Of a DNA stretch of 64,000 nt, positions 1-12,965 are shown one piece after another. Location: the NCBI RefSeq assembly GCF_009914755.1, contig NC_060944.1; one strand, 5' to 3'. Source of the DNA: the human T2T-CHM13v2.0 reference genome, Homo sapiens. How positions within the stretch are numbered: position 1 is the stretch's first letter; every line of letters begins with the position of its first letter. The notes under the pieces were generated by a model. The model worked only from the letters and a program-made list of their open reading frames with translations. It was not told the origin of the DNA and searched no databases. The position numbers and the translations under genes are program-made.

Positions 1-1564
1 GGCTCAGAAACCCCAGGCCACTGGAGAGCTCAGGCACGTGGCCCTCCACAGTCGGGTGTGACTGCCCGGCCCCTGGAGAGGGAAGTGTTCTCCTCTATGA
101 CCCAGGGGTGGGGGGCCAAGAGAGGCCCCAGGGAGGAGCCCCCAGCGCCTGCTGGACTGACGGGACCTCCCCTGCCTGCCTCCATCTTGTTCCTCCCAGA
201 CATCTAGACTCTTCTAATCACCAGCAGTCATTCCTGGCAGCTCCTCTTCCCTCTGTGCCCAGCAGAGAATGCGAGAGACAGAGAAACAGACGGACAGACA
301 GAGAGAGGGGGAAGCAAGAGGGTCCCAGCATCCCCACCCCCCAACCCCCGTGTGGTGGGTTTTGTGGATTTAGGAAGCAGAGACTTTCTTTGTGGCCTCC
401 CCTGCCCCCAACAGCAGGCCGAGGGAGGAATCGCTGCCTGGAACTGGGACTCGCTGCCTGGAACTGGGAAATGCTGGTGTTTTCTCTGGGTTTGATCCAG
501 CTCAGCACAGCAGAAAGCAAACCTGGCTGTAGAGTGAGAGGGGAGGGTCTGCTGGAGTTGGGCTTGTGGGGCGCAGTGCAGAGGCTCTGGGCCACCAGTG
601 AACACGGCCAGAGCTAGGGACACCGGAGGCCCCAAGGGGTCATAAAACCCACAAGAGCTGAGGCAGCTGCACGTCACTGTCCTGGCTGTGCAAAGGGCAG
701 CTGAGCAGAAGGTTGAGTGAGACACGCTTCCTTCCACGCAGCAACCCGGACAGCTAAGGGGCCGGGTCCCTGGTTTTCAGCCCCTCATCCTGCAGGAGGC
801 AAAGTCTGCGGAGCCAGAAGTGGTGAGGGAGAGACAGTGGCAGTGGACGGTCCACGAGTTTAAAGGGGTGAGCAGGGTGTTCAGGAGGGAGGGAGGGAAG
901 ATGGCACCCCTTGGGGCTCCCCGTGTGGCCGTGCCCCTGAGCAGGGGTGATCTCTCGGTGACAGCCTGGGGGCACCCAGCGAGGGGCTCCATGCTCAGCC
1001 CCTCCCCACCCCAGGCGAGGGAACCTCAGAAAGGAGCCCTCCGCACCCCCGGACCTGCATTTGAAGGCTGAAGGGCTGAGCACCTCACCTCGGGGGCGGC
1101 TGCTGCTAGTTCCTGGGTGCCCGGGAAATTCACCTGGACAGGTGGAATGTGCCACCCAGGCAGCACCTCCTCCCAGAACAGCAGCAGCCCCGAAGGGCTG
1201 AGGGGTTTGGAGGAAGGAGAGAGCCCTGGGGTGGGGGCGGGGAAGGCTTCCTGGAGAGGGACTCAGCCTGTAGCGGGAGGTGCGGGGTTGGGACACCGGC
1301 TGGAGCCCCGGGCTAAGAGTAGGCATAGGGTAGGCCCCAGGTCCCTTCAGCCTGGAGAGTCCCTTCTCTGATAGCCTAAGGGTCAGTCTGCAGGCCCAGC
1401 ACAGAATCTGGCCAGAACGACTGCCAGCCAGAGGCAGCCCCCACCCCACCAGCTCGGTGATCCATGCTAGAGTGGACATAGGGTGCTGAGTCCCTCGGGC
1501 CCCTGCAAGGCAGCGGGGACTGAAGTCGACACATAGCACGTTCGTGCCTGTGCCTTGAGAGGGA

Positions 1565-2115
1565 GCTCACACGCCACCAAACACACCCTTTAACTGTACG
1601 CTTCAGTGGGGTTCAGTGGTCACAAGGTTGTGCAACCATCACCTTGACTTAGCTCCAGGACTCTTCCATCACCCCAGAACCATCCCATTTCTCCTCGACT
1701 CCCTTACCCCCAGCTCCCCCAGCCCCTGGCAGCCCCAAATCTTCTTTCTGCTTCTACGGATTTGCCTATTCTGGACATTTCCTGTAAGTGGGCTCCTTCC
1801 ATGCATGGCGTTTCGTGTCTGGTGTCTCTCACCGAGCGTCACCGTGGTAGTTCGTGTCTGCGTTTCATGCCTCTTAATGGCTGAATAATATTCCGCTGCA
1901 TGGGGCAACCACGTTCTCTTTGTCCATTCATCGCTCAATGGACCCTTGGCTGTTCGGCCCTTTTGGCTGCTGTTAATGGCGCTGCTTTGAACGAGGGCGT
2001 GTAAGTGTTTGTCAGAACCCCTGGTTTGAGCTCTTTTGGATACATACCCAGGAGCGGAGCTGCCAGGCCCCGTGGTGACTCTTGACTTGTGAGGACCCGC
2101 CAGCCTGTTTTCCGT
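1565..2115 (-). mobile_element. Old L1 (L1MB/L1MC-like) 3' end fragment
   Basis: Antisense L1 3'-end phrases: gttgtgcaaccatcacc, gatttgcctattctggacattt, ttaatggctgaataatattcc, tttgtccattcatc. Confidence 0.75.
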
Positions 2116-3764
2116 GGTGCCTGCACTCCCTCCTCCCACAGCATCTAATCTTCATGCCGGAGTCACATTCTCAGGCTCCGGACAGACCCCAGGTGCTGTG
2201 CAGCCTGAGGATGAGACGGAGAGCAGGACCCAGATCTCTGTCTGCTCCATCTCGCAGCTTCCAAGGGGATGGAGCTTCCAGCAGTGACAGCAGGGAAGGC
2301 CCTTGGGGAGTGTGTGGTCCAGGAGGAAGCAGTGGGAACAGCGCTGACCTGAGAGGAGCTGGAGAAGCTCCCAGAGCAGCAGCCGCCGTCGTGCTGGGAC
2401 TGGCTCTGGCTCACCCAGAAGGAAGGGATGCAGGGCATCTGCAAGCCTGGGCTACAGGGCCTTGGGACTCCTTTTATACCCCCATATGTACCGCCTCTAG
2501 GTGCAGAGAGCCCAGAGCAGGTGGGGGAGGCGTGCTTGCAGCCTGGCAGATGAGACCATCCCTAGATGGTGGCTGGGGTGGGGGCAGCATCCAGGAGAAC
2601 TTCAGGATCTGAGTTCCAGGCGTGGCTCCTGCCAGGGTGCCTCACTGGCTGTGCAGCCGGCCAGCCGATGCTGGGTATGGCCAGGGCACGCTCGACTCAG
2701 GAAGCTTTGATGCCTTTCTAGGGCAGGCTGGCCGCCTGCATTATTGATGGCTGTTCTGCAAAATTTACATGCTGAGCTATGGGGAGGTGAGCAAAAACCC
2801 CAGGGATGGCCCACTGTGGTTTTCTTCCCTCCTCTTGAACTTGAAAATGGCCAAATCACTTTTTAATGAATTCTCTGCACCTGGCAGAAGCAGGAAGGGT
2901 AGGGGCCCCAGCCCAGGACAGGAGCATGCATCCAGCAGGGCACACCCAGCTGTGCAGGACTCCCGCTGCCCGCCCAGACACCTCCATCGAGGGTTGACGT
3001 GGGGAGCAGAGGCTGCACATGTCAGCTATGGAGAGAGGACGCTGGGACGCTGGTCCAGAGCTGAGTCCTGGGTCATCTGTTTGTCCTATGAGGGCTGGGA
3101 GACACTTGCTGGCCTCCAGAGCACTCACCAGCCCCTGACCTCAGGGAAGTCCCAGGCCTTCATCTTCTGCAAAGTGGGAGGGCGCCGTGCCCCTGTGCCA
3201 CACGGGCCCTTGGAGGACTGCACACAGCGAGGCCTGTTGGGGCACCGGGAGGAGGTGCCAGACACTTCTGAGAACAGGGCCCTGCCCTGTGGTTAACGTG
3301 GGGCTCCCCTTGCCCGCCTCACAGGAATGAAATGCACTTGAGGGCAAAGGGAGCAGCCCAATGTAAGCCTTTTAGATAAATGTGTCGAAACCTCCAGCCA
3401 AGCCAGCCCAGGCCCGCTACATGCAGATCAGCCACGTCTGCAAGGAGGCCTGTTTGCAGGAGCTCCCATGACCGCCTCATGAGCACATGCCTGGGTCCTG
3501 CCCACCCACCCTCTCACCCCAGAGAACATCCCAGAAAAGGGGGAGATGGGCACAGTGATGAGGTCAGGAGCCTGACCCCACCTCCCCAGTGCTCCCAGGG
3601 GAGCCAGGCCAACCCTGCCTGGACTTCAGAAGCCCTGCCAACGGGAAGGCCACTGGCTGCTTCCGGGGGTCCCCTGGGAGAGTTCTTCCTTCCTGCGGGT
3701 CTAGCTTCCTGCCCCTACCCAGCCAGGAGACACCCCTGCCCTGCCTCTCGAAATCAAGACCCAG

Positions 3765-3780
3765 CTGCCCTCTAGTGGCA
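3765..3780 (-). promoter_or_regulatory. Consensus CTCF motif
   Basis: Reverse complement TGCCACTAGAGGGCAG fully matches CCASYAGRKGGCRS. Confidence 0.65.
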
Positions 3781-3786
3781 GTCAGC

Positions 3787-3950
3787 TGCACACACACACA
3801 CACAACACGCATGCACATCCATGCACATGTGGGTTTACATGCATACAGAGGTGCACACATACACGTGTGTATACACGCACACACAGGCATGCACACTCGT
3901 GCACAAGCACGCATACACACATGCACACACACAATACACTGTACATGTCT
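3787..3950. repeat. (CA)n-rich degenerate simple repeat
   Basis: cacacacacaca...gcacacacacaatacac. Confidence 0.85.
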
Positions 3951-5693
3951 CTGGGTTTCTACGATGCTTGATTTATTTTCAATATATAGAAAAGAATACA
4001 TTTCTTTCCTATACATTGAAAGCACCACAGCCAGGGGTGGCTTCCATGAACCGGCTCTGATTGGATGACTGAAGAAATGGAGACTTGGAGAATGATGTCA
4101 TGCCGCAAGTCTGTGACAGCAGTTTCTCTGCAGGCTGACATTCTTCTCCGCTTGGATCCCTCCCTTTCCTGCCGGCCCGTGTCAGTCTCCTGTTTTCCAG
4201 TCTGGTCCTTCTGGCGGTGCCATGCTGCGGGAGGAGGCAGCCACAGCCAAATAAACATGTAGCTGAGAGCAGCCTGGGGACCCTACGCTGCAGGATGGGT
4301 GGCCGAGGGGGGCCGGTGCAGGCAGGCAGTGGGGCACCTCCTGAGGGGGACATCACGCCCAGGAAAGAGGCTGCTGAGAGCCCCCTGCAGCTTCAATTTC
4401 CAAATCTGTCCTGGGAGGGGGAAGAAAATCGGATTTGTAAAGAACAAGAGAAACTTGGGTGAGAAATGAAGAGTGTCCACAGCGAGGCTGCCTGCTGCCC
4501 TGTCAGAAAACCTGATTCCGTTTCCTGGGGGAGCGGGGACTGAAGTGAGATGCAGCCACATCCCTGCAGAGCCGCCGCCACTGCCGGTACACACAGATGG
4601 GACATGGATGAAATGAGACTCCGCAGGCAGGATCCCGGCCCCTCACCAAGGTGGCATGGGTATCTGACATTTGGGTTCTCATTGGCAAGCCTGTCCACCG
4701 CTGCTGGCACCGTCCCCAGCCCATCTCTGCAGCCTCCTACCTAGAGGCAGAGCCAACCTTCAGGCTCCGTCCAGCCGCTGCAAGGGAGGGCCGGGTGCTC
4801 ACAGGTGAAGGAGAACACAGCCAGGGTGGGGAAGCTTCCAGAGGTGGGCTGGCTGGTCTCTGCCTTGATGAACAGGAGGGCACATTTTCTTTCTGTTGGG
4901 ATCCTGAGGCACAGAAACCTTGGGGAAGGGACCTCTGCTATGGGTAGTACCATGAAGTCCAAGGCCTCAGGCCCAGCGAATGTCTGGACACACATTGGTC
5001 CACAGTTAGAAGGCAGATCCTGACCCTGAGGTTGCCAAGAGCAGCCAGTCAAGGGTGGCGCCAGCTCTGCTGTTTCCATGATGTCCATCCCACATTCAGG
5101 AGACCCAGTGGGCATCGGGCTGATGTCACCATGGACATCATTGGTGCTGCCTGAGTCCCATCCATAACAAAGGCCTGAAGCGCAGACTGACACAGCATCA
5201 GGGACCCTGACCGGTCCCCTCGCTCTGCCCTGGTCAGCTGTGTAGAACTGGGGAGGTCATGGGACTGCCTGGCCCTCACTGGACTCAGTCTTCCCCTCCG
5301 TAAATGGTAAAGAAATATGAGCTCCACTGACCACGCAGTGTGACACCAGTCACTGAAATAGTGAACAGGAACATGCTTTTTTATTGTTCTCTCCCCATTG
5401 TTGGCTTTCTCCCCTCCCTCACGGCCTCTGCATTAGCCCCCAACAATGCCCTGTTCTGCACCATGCACCTCATACCTCCTGCCCCAGCCCTGCTGTGCCT
5501 GCAGCTCATGCTATCACTCCCTCCTCCCTCTAGTGAGCCCCCACCTTCCTTCCTCAACCAGCTCCCCTTGCACTTCCGTAGAAGCCTCTCTCACCTCCCT
5601 CAGTTTCCTTATCTCATGGATGGATGAGAGGACCTCAGCTTCCTTATTGGTTGGTTGTAATCCACCTGACATAAGGAGAGGTCTCTTTAAAGC

Positions 5694-7030
5694 ATGGATG
5701 GATGGATGGATGGATGGATGGATGGATGGATGGATGGGTGAGTGGATGGTGGATGATGGATGATGGATGGGTGGGTGGATGGTGGATGATGGATGAGGGA
5801 TGGGTGGGTAGATGATGGGTGATAGATGAATGGATGATGCATGGATGGATGGATGGATGGATGGATAGATGATGGATGAGTGAGTGGATGATGGATGGAT
5901 GATGGATGGATGGATGATGGATGAGTAAGTGGATGGTGGATGATGGATGATGGATGGGTAGATGGATCGATGATGAATGAGTTAGTGGATGGATGGATGA
6001 TGGGTGGATAGATGATGGATGGATGGATGGATAGGTGGATGATGGATGGGTGGATGGATCAATGATGGATGAGTGAGTGGATAGTTGGATGATGGATGGA
6101 TAGATGATGGATGGATGGACAGACAGATGGATGATGGATGGATGGATGGATGCATGGATGGATTATGCATGATGGATGGGTGAGTGGATGGTGGATGGTG
6201 GATGATGGATGGGTGGATGGATGGTTGGATGATGGATGGATAGATAATGGATGGATGGATAGATGGATGGTGGATGGGTGAGTGAATGGATGGATGGATA
6301 GATGATGGATGGGTAGATGGATCGATGATGGATGAGTGAGTGGATGGTTGGATGATGGATGGATGGATGATGGGTGGATGGATAGGTGGCTGATGGATGG
6401 GTGGATGGATCAATGATGGATGAGTGAGTGGATAGTTGGATGATGGATGGATAGATGATGGATGCATGGGTGGATGGATGGATGGATGGATGGATGCATG
6501 GATGGATTATGCATCATGGATGGGTGAGTGGATGGTGGATGGTAGATGATGGATGGGTGAATGGATGGTTGGATGATGGATGGATAGATGATGGATGGAT
6601 AGATGGATGTTGGATGGGTGAGTGGATGGATGGATACATGATGGATGCATAGATGGATAATGGATGGGTAAGTAGATGGTGGATGATAGAAGGGTGGATG
6701 GATGGATGGATAGATGGATGATGGATGGGTGAGTGAATGGATGTATGGATAGATGGATAATGGATGGGTAAGCAGATGGTGGATGGTAGATGGGTGGATG
6801 GATGGATGGATGATGGATGGATAGATGACGGGTGGATGGATGGATGGATAAATGGATGATGGAAGGGTGAGTGGATGGATGGATGATGGATGCATGGGTG
6901 GATGATGGATGCTGGACAGGTGGATGGATGGATTATGAATGGATGGATGGGTGGATGATGCATGATGGATGTGCAGATGATGGATGGGTAAATGATGGAT
7001 GGATGGATGGGTAAGGGGATGGGTAGACGG
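5694..7030. repeat. (GGAT)n-type simple repeat array, ~1.3 kb
   Basis: Continuous tggatggatgga variants; produces the HPSI-repeat ORFs on the - strand. Confidence 0.95.
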
Positions 7031-8349
7031 ATGAGGGAGAAAGGAAGAAGGGGAGCAGGTAAGGGTTAACCTACTGTGAGAAAACTATCAAAGTAGGATA
7101 TAGCACCCAAGTAAGTGTAAGCTATTTCTGGTTTTTTTTGTATCTCCTTGACTCCAAGTTCTATTCATCTTGGTAAATGTCAGCTCTGTTAGACACGACT
7201 CATTAACTTGGTTCCCTCAACAGACACCGATTACCTACTGTGTGCCAGGTCTGTATCTGGCACTTTGGACACAAAGCTGGACAAGACTCAGTCCTCATGG
7301 CACTCTGGGTCTTCCAGGAGAGTCCAGCCTACAGCAGATGTGGGCAGGGTTGTGGCTGTCCGGGTCACGCTGCACCTCCAGGGTTAATGAGAGAAGCAAA
7401 ATCAATTCCAGAGACTTTAGGGGAGCTCATTTTGGAAGGAAGAGTGGGGTCTCACCAGCGGAAGGAGGGAGAGGGACAACACACCCGCAAGCACAGAGGG
7501 GCAGGGATAGGAGGTGTGGGGTGCACAGTGCAGACAGGGCGCCATGTGGGGCAAATGTTGGGGTAACGAGGGAGGGGAGAAAGCCAACAGTGGGAGAGAA
7601 ATAATGAAAACCTGGTTTGGGCTGCACGTTCCTGTTCACTGTCTCAGCAACTGGTCACGGCTATGTGGTCAGCAGAACACAGTCGTGTCCCATTTTACAG
7701 AGGGGGCTGCCAAATACAGGAGGCCAAGGTTGCTGACGGCTCTGCAGCCTGCAGGCCCCTCCCTGTCCTGCTGAGCCTCACAGCCTCCCCCTGGAACCCT
7801 CTCCTGCAGGGGGCCTGAGCCGCCCACTCTCCCTGGCCCTGCAGGAGCTCTGAGTGCTGCAGTCCTCCCCCCTTCTCCAGGTGACTGATCTGCTGCAGGG
7901 ACCACGCAGGCATGGGCCAAGAAGCAGTTTCCTGCCCTTCCGAGAGGCCCCTGACACCTGCCTCCTTGAGGGAGATCTCTCAGAACAACAGCCAGGGCTG
8001 CATGATGAGGCACATGTTGGGGCTGGAGGGCCCAGGAGCCAGCGCCCCACTGCACTGAGCCCTGGCCCCATGTAGGCTGGGCCTGGTCACCAAGCCACAG
8101 TCACCCTGTTCTGGGTGGGAGGCCTTGTGGAACACCCCAGACCCTGATTGGCTGCCGTGTTCCCACCTCCCGGGTCCAACCGCACCTCCCAGCCCTGCCC
8201 TCAGTTCACCCTGTCACCTTCAGGCAGTGTGACTGCCTCTTCCTGGAAGCCTCCTCTGGATCCCCAGCCCTCCCTCCCTGAGATGCTTGTGGCCTTGCTC
8301 TCAGGCCTGTCCAGGTGGCAGTGGCTTACACTGCCTGATATTGGAGCCC

Positions 8350-8560
8350 AAGGTCAGCAAACGTCTTCTATAAAGTACCAGGTGGTCCATATTTTAGGTT
8401 TTGTGGGGCATACAGTCTCTGTGCAGATACTCAGCTCTGCCTTGAGAGTGTGAAAGCAGCCATAGATAATGTGTCAATAAAAGAGCATAGCCATGTGTCA
8501 ATAAAACTTTATTTACAATAATAGTGATGCGCAGATTCAGCCCACAGGCCATCGCTTGCT
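8350..8560 (+). mobile_element. MER58-like hAT-Charlie DNA transposon relic
   Basis: ggtcagcaaac...atattttaggttttgtgggg...aaagcagccataga...caataaaactttatttacaa. Confidence 0.75.
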
Positions 8561-9047
8561 GTCATGTATAAGTTGGATCCTGTGATGCACTTAAAGCCCG
8601 TTGGTGACTCACAGCTGTCCACAGACTGTCCAGACACCTTATGGAGCACCCAGGCCCCTCTGTCATTCCTCAGAGCTTCTGTTGCCACCACAATCATTGG
8701 CAACATTAACTTGCTGTCATGGGGCACCTACTCTGTGTTGGGCCCACGTTTGACCCTGGAGACACAGTGGGTGATGGATGAGACAGCCATGGCCCCCCAG
8801 AGCTCAGGTTGGCAAGGGTTACAGACAATGATCAAGGGAGGACACAATAAACGTAAAAGTGCAAGCCAGGAATGAGTCATGGATGAAGAGCAGGCTGAGC
8901 TGAGAGCATGCTGGGCTGGAGGGCTGGGAGAGAATTCCATGGGAAAGGGACATCTAGGGGCTGGGGAGCTTGATTCAAGATGAGGCCACAGAGGGGGTTA
9001 GCAGCCATGACACATGGAGTGCTGTGGCCATGTTGAGGGTTTGGATG

Positions 9048-9250
9048 TATGCCAGGGAGCTTTTGCTGCATAATAAAAGATCCCAAAACTTAGCAGCCTA
9101 AAACAACCACCATTTATTTCTATTTATTTAGCTCACAATTCCACAAATTGGCAATTTGGGCTAGGCTCAGCTGGAAAACCCTTCCATCCTTGGCTGGGCT
9201 CATTCATCCATCTCTCATCAGCTGCCAGTTTGGCTTGGGGCTGGCTGGTC
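9048..9250 (-). mobile_element. MLT1 (MaLR) LTR fragment
   Basis: ttttgctgcataa...cccaaaacttagcagcctaaaacaaccaccatttatt...gctcacaattc...ggcaatttgggctaggctcagctgg. Confidence 0.65.
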
Positions 9251-9269
9251 TTAGAGGGAAGGAGGAAGG

Positions 9270-10385
9270 AATAGAAAGACAGAGGGATGGAAAGGTAGAA
9301 AGAGGGAGGGAGGGATGGTGTATGGGTAGGTAAGTGGATGGATAAATGGATGGGTGGGTGAATAGAGGGATAGATGGGTGGATGGGTGAGTAGAGGGATG
9401 GTGGATGGGTGGGTGGGAGGGTGGATGGATAGATGGATGGGTGGGTGAATAGAGAGATAGATGGATGGGTGAGTAGAGGGATGCTGGATGGGTGGGTGGA
9501 TGGATAGATGGATGGGTGGGTGAATAGAGGGATAGATGGACGAGTGGGTGAATAGAGGGATGGTGGTTGGGTGGGTGGGTGGATAAATGAATGGGTGGGT
9601 GAATAGAGGGATAGATGGATGGGTGAGCAGAGGGATGGTGGATGGGTGGGTGGGTGGATGGATAGATGGATAGATATGTGAATAGAGAGATGGTGGATGG
9701 AGGGGTGGGTGGATAGATGGATGGGTGGGTGAATAGAGGGATGGTGGATGGAGGGGTGGGTGGATGGATAGATGGATGGGTGGGTAAATAGAGGGATAGA
9801 TGGATGGGTGGGTGAATAGAGTGATGGTGGTTGGGTGGGTGGGTGGATAAATGAATGGGTGGGTGAATAGAGGGATAAATGGATGGATGGGTGAATAGAG
9901 GGATGGTGGATGGAGGGGTGAGTGGATAGATAAATGGATGGGTGGGTGAATAGAGGGATAGACGGATTGGCGGATGAGTAGAGGGATGGTGGATGGGTAG
10001 GTGGGTGGATGGATAGATGGGTGGGCGAATAGAGAGATGGTGGATGGGTGCATGAATAGAGGGATTGTGGGTGGGTGGGTAGGTGGGTGGATCGATGGGT
10101 GTGGGGCAGATAGAGGGATAGTGGATGGGTTGGTGAGTGGTTGGATAGATGGATGGATGGGTGAATAGAGGGATAGTGGATGAGTGGGTGAGTGGATGGA
10201 TGGATGGATGGGTGAATAGAGGGATGGTGGATGGGTGGGTGAGTGGATGGATGGATGGATGGGTGAATAGAGGGATGGTGGATGGGTGGGTGAGTGGATG
10301 GATGGATGGATGGGTGAATAGAGGGATGGTGGATGTGGGGGTGGGTGGCTGGGTGGATGGATGGATGGATGGATGGGTGATGGTT
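9270..10385. repeat. Purine-rich GGAT/GGGT minisatellite with a recurring GAATAGAGGGAT core (44-bp units at the 3' end)
   Basis: Repeated gggtgaatagagggatggtggatgggtgggtgagtggatggatg; source of the 425-aa P/H/S/I ORF. Confidence 0.92.
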
Positions 10386-11379
10386 GGAAAGAGAAAAGGT
10401 TGGTGACCATCTGCTGTTTGTAATTCCTTACGGAGCCAGTTTATGGAACTTGAGCACGTTTCACTGAATCACACCGCTAGGAGCTGGTCTTTTCCCTTAA
10501 CCTCTTAGAGAAGCACGACTCAGGATTGTTAGTCACTTGGAGAGCATTTCACAGGTTCCCTTTTCGCTTTGGTCCCCAGAATCCCCCTCCCCTAATGGTA
10601 CTGGTGAGAGGCGGGCTGTGGTCCCAGCAGGGAGCTGCCCACAAGCCTGTCCTCAGCTGTCACCTCAGAAGTTCATGGCCTCTGGGTCAGAACAGAGGTG
10701 TGGAAAAGCCACCTCTGCCAGCTCAGGGATTTTGGCACTGATGGACTCCCAGCAAGGGCCCTGAGGAGAAAGGCCATCAGACTCCTTCAATGCCTAATAA
10801 AATGCATTCATCCTGCCAAGACTTATTTGCCATTTAAAGCTCACACCTGCGCCTGCACGGTAAACTGTCAGGACTGCTTTTCCAGCAGAAAGCATGCTTG
10901 CATCTCCGCACCTGCACAGAGAAGGGAAAGGGTTTGTCTTTTCTTCCCATTTGAATATCTGACCTGTAGTTCAGCTGGACAAGCTAAACACTCAAGAAAC
11001 GAAGTCCCTCCTGACCCGCGTCTGTGGGGCATCCCTCCCTTTGCAAACTGTCCCTGCTTGGTTTTCTAGACCGAATGCAACCCCAGTGCCCTCTGGGCTC
11101 CCCTGTTCTCCTCCCTTCTATCTTGGCACCAAACGTGATCTGCCCCTATCAACGGCAGGGCCACTGAGATGAAAACACAGGCAAACCTCTTCATGCCGCA
11201 CCTTAACGCATGGCAAGGGGAGGAGAAACTTACTCCGACAGGCAGTGTCAACCAGGAGGCTTGGAAAGGGCCCTGCGCCCAGCACACAGCCCCCAGTGAA
11301 AGAGAACCGGTTCCAGGAACTCCGTTCCTGTAAACGGATTTCTTTTGATAAGTGCCCTGTCAATTAAAACCCAAACTGA

Positions 11380-11673
<294 letters not shown>

Positions 11674-12951
11674 TAAGAAAGGCCCTGGGCAGCGGAGGCT
11701 GCTGTGTGGAGTGGCTCGATTCCTGATGTGCGCAGTAGGAGAGAGGCCGGGGCTCAGTCAGGGAGGGGACCGGCGGCGGAGGTCGGTTGCCACCTGGGAG
11801 GCATCTCTGTGATGTCTGGAGGAGTTGACTGGTACTGCCTGGGCTGATGTCACTGCCACTTTGGAAGGCCTGCGTGTGGGACCCGCTTGGGGAATGCCCA
11901 GATGGGGCCTTGGCATGGCGGGTCCATCCCTGTGTGTGGAACTTGGCTGACCCTCTGTGGCCTGCTGTCGGCAGAAAGGGGGTTGTGACTGGGCCCCATA
12001 CCGGCTGCCTGGGGCCTGAGTGACCATTCACTGAATGTTGTTGAAAGTCCAGTGTGAGCCCCGAGCCCCTAGTTCACAGGGGACCAAACTCTCTCTGGTG
12101 GGAACACGGTGGAGACAGGGCTGTAAGGCATGCAGCCCCCACTTCCTCTGGATTCCAGCAGGGCAGCTGCACCACCAGGAGGGACCCTTCCCTTGAAATC
12201 TGCAGAGGCCACTGCGCCGACAGACATTTGATGACCCCACTTCCCTGCTGCCCAGCGATCTGGGGAGGTCCCGGCCTTGGCTGTCGCCCTGCTTACCAAC
12301 CAGGACCCTTTGTGGTGATTCCCTGGGTCCATGGGGTGTGACACGGTGTCCCCAGGCTGTCATTTTGGGCCCCGTGTGGCAGTGCTGACATCATGGGCAC
12401 GTGGCCCAGCCCCGGGAGCCCCTCTAGAAAGGTCGAAGGCACCAGGCTGGGACGTGCAGAGGGGAGAGTCAGCGAGGGCTCCCAGAGTGGCCGTGGCCCT
12501 GAGATGCCAGGATCTCAGGGTCTTCTCTGCTCCTACCACCATATCACCCCCTTCTCCCCCAGGCCTAGGCCCCCGCAGAGCTGTGTGTCAGTCATGATAG
12601 CAATGACAGTGGCACACCAGCTGCATCTGTGGAGGTGCCCCTCGGGCACCAGGGTGAGGCCAGGGTGCGGCCAGGGTACAGCCAGGGTGCAGAGCTAGCC
12701 TCTGATCCCAGCCAACCCCGACCAACCCAGTGACAGATGAGGACTCTGGGCTCCGGGAGGCTAAGAGGGAGAGGGGAAGGGATGGGGTCAGGAGGGAGAC
12801 GCTCCTCCCGGTGGGTGGGCCGGCTTGCTGAGAAGGCAACTAAGGCCAGAGCCCCTCGCCACAGCGGCCGTCCCGCATCTGGGCCTCCTGCGTCCTGCAT
12901 CCCAGGCCTGGGGCGCAGCTGCACCAGGCGGAGGTGGCTGTGAGCACACAA

Positions 12952-12965
12952 CGCCATCTGGTGGG
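12952..12965 (-). promoter_or_regulatory. Consensus CTCF motif
   Basis: Reverse complement CCCACCAGATGGCG matches CCASYAGRKGGCR. Confidence 0.55.

Noticed and set aside
8475-8510. AATAAA hexamers as intronic polyA sites (also ~19173 and ~22829)
   Set aside because: They are part of the MER58 consensus (caataaaactttattt), with no independent support for use.
5982-10410. His/Pro/Ser-rich ORFs on the - strand (up to 425 aa)
   Set aside because: These are translations of (CCAT)n-type simple repeats.
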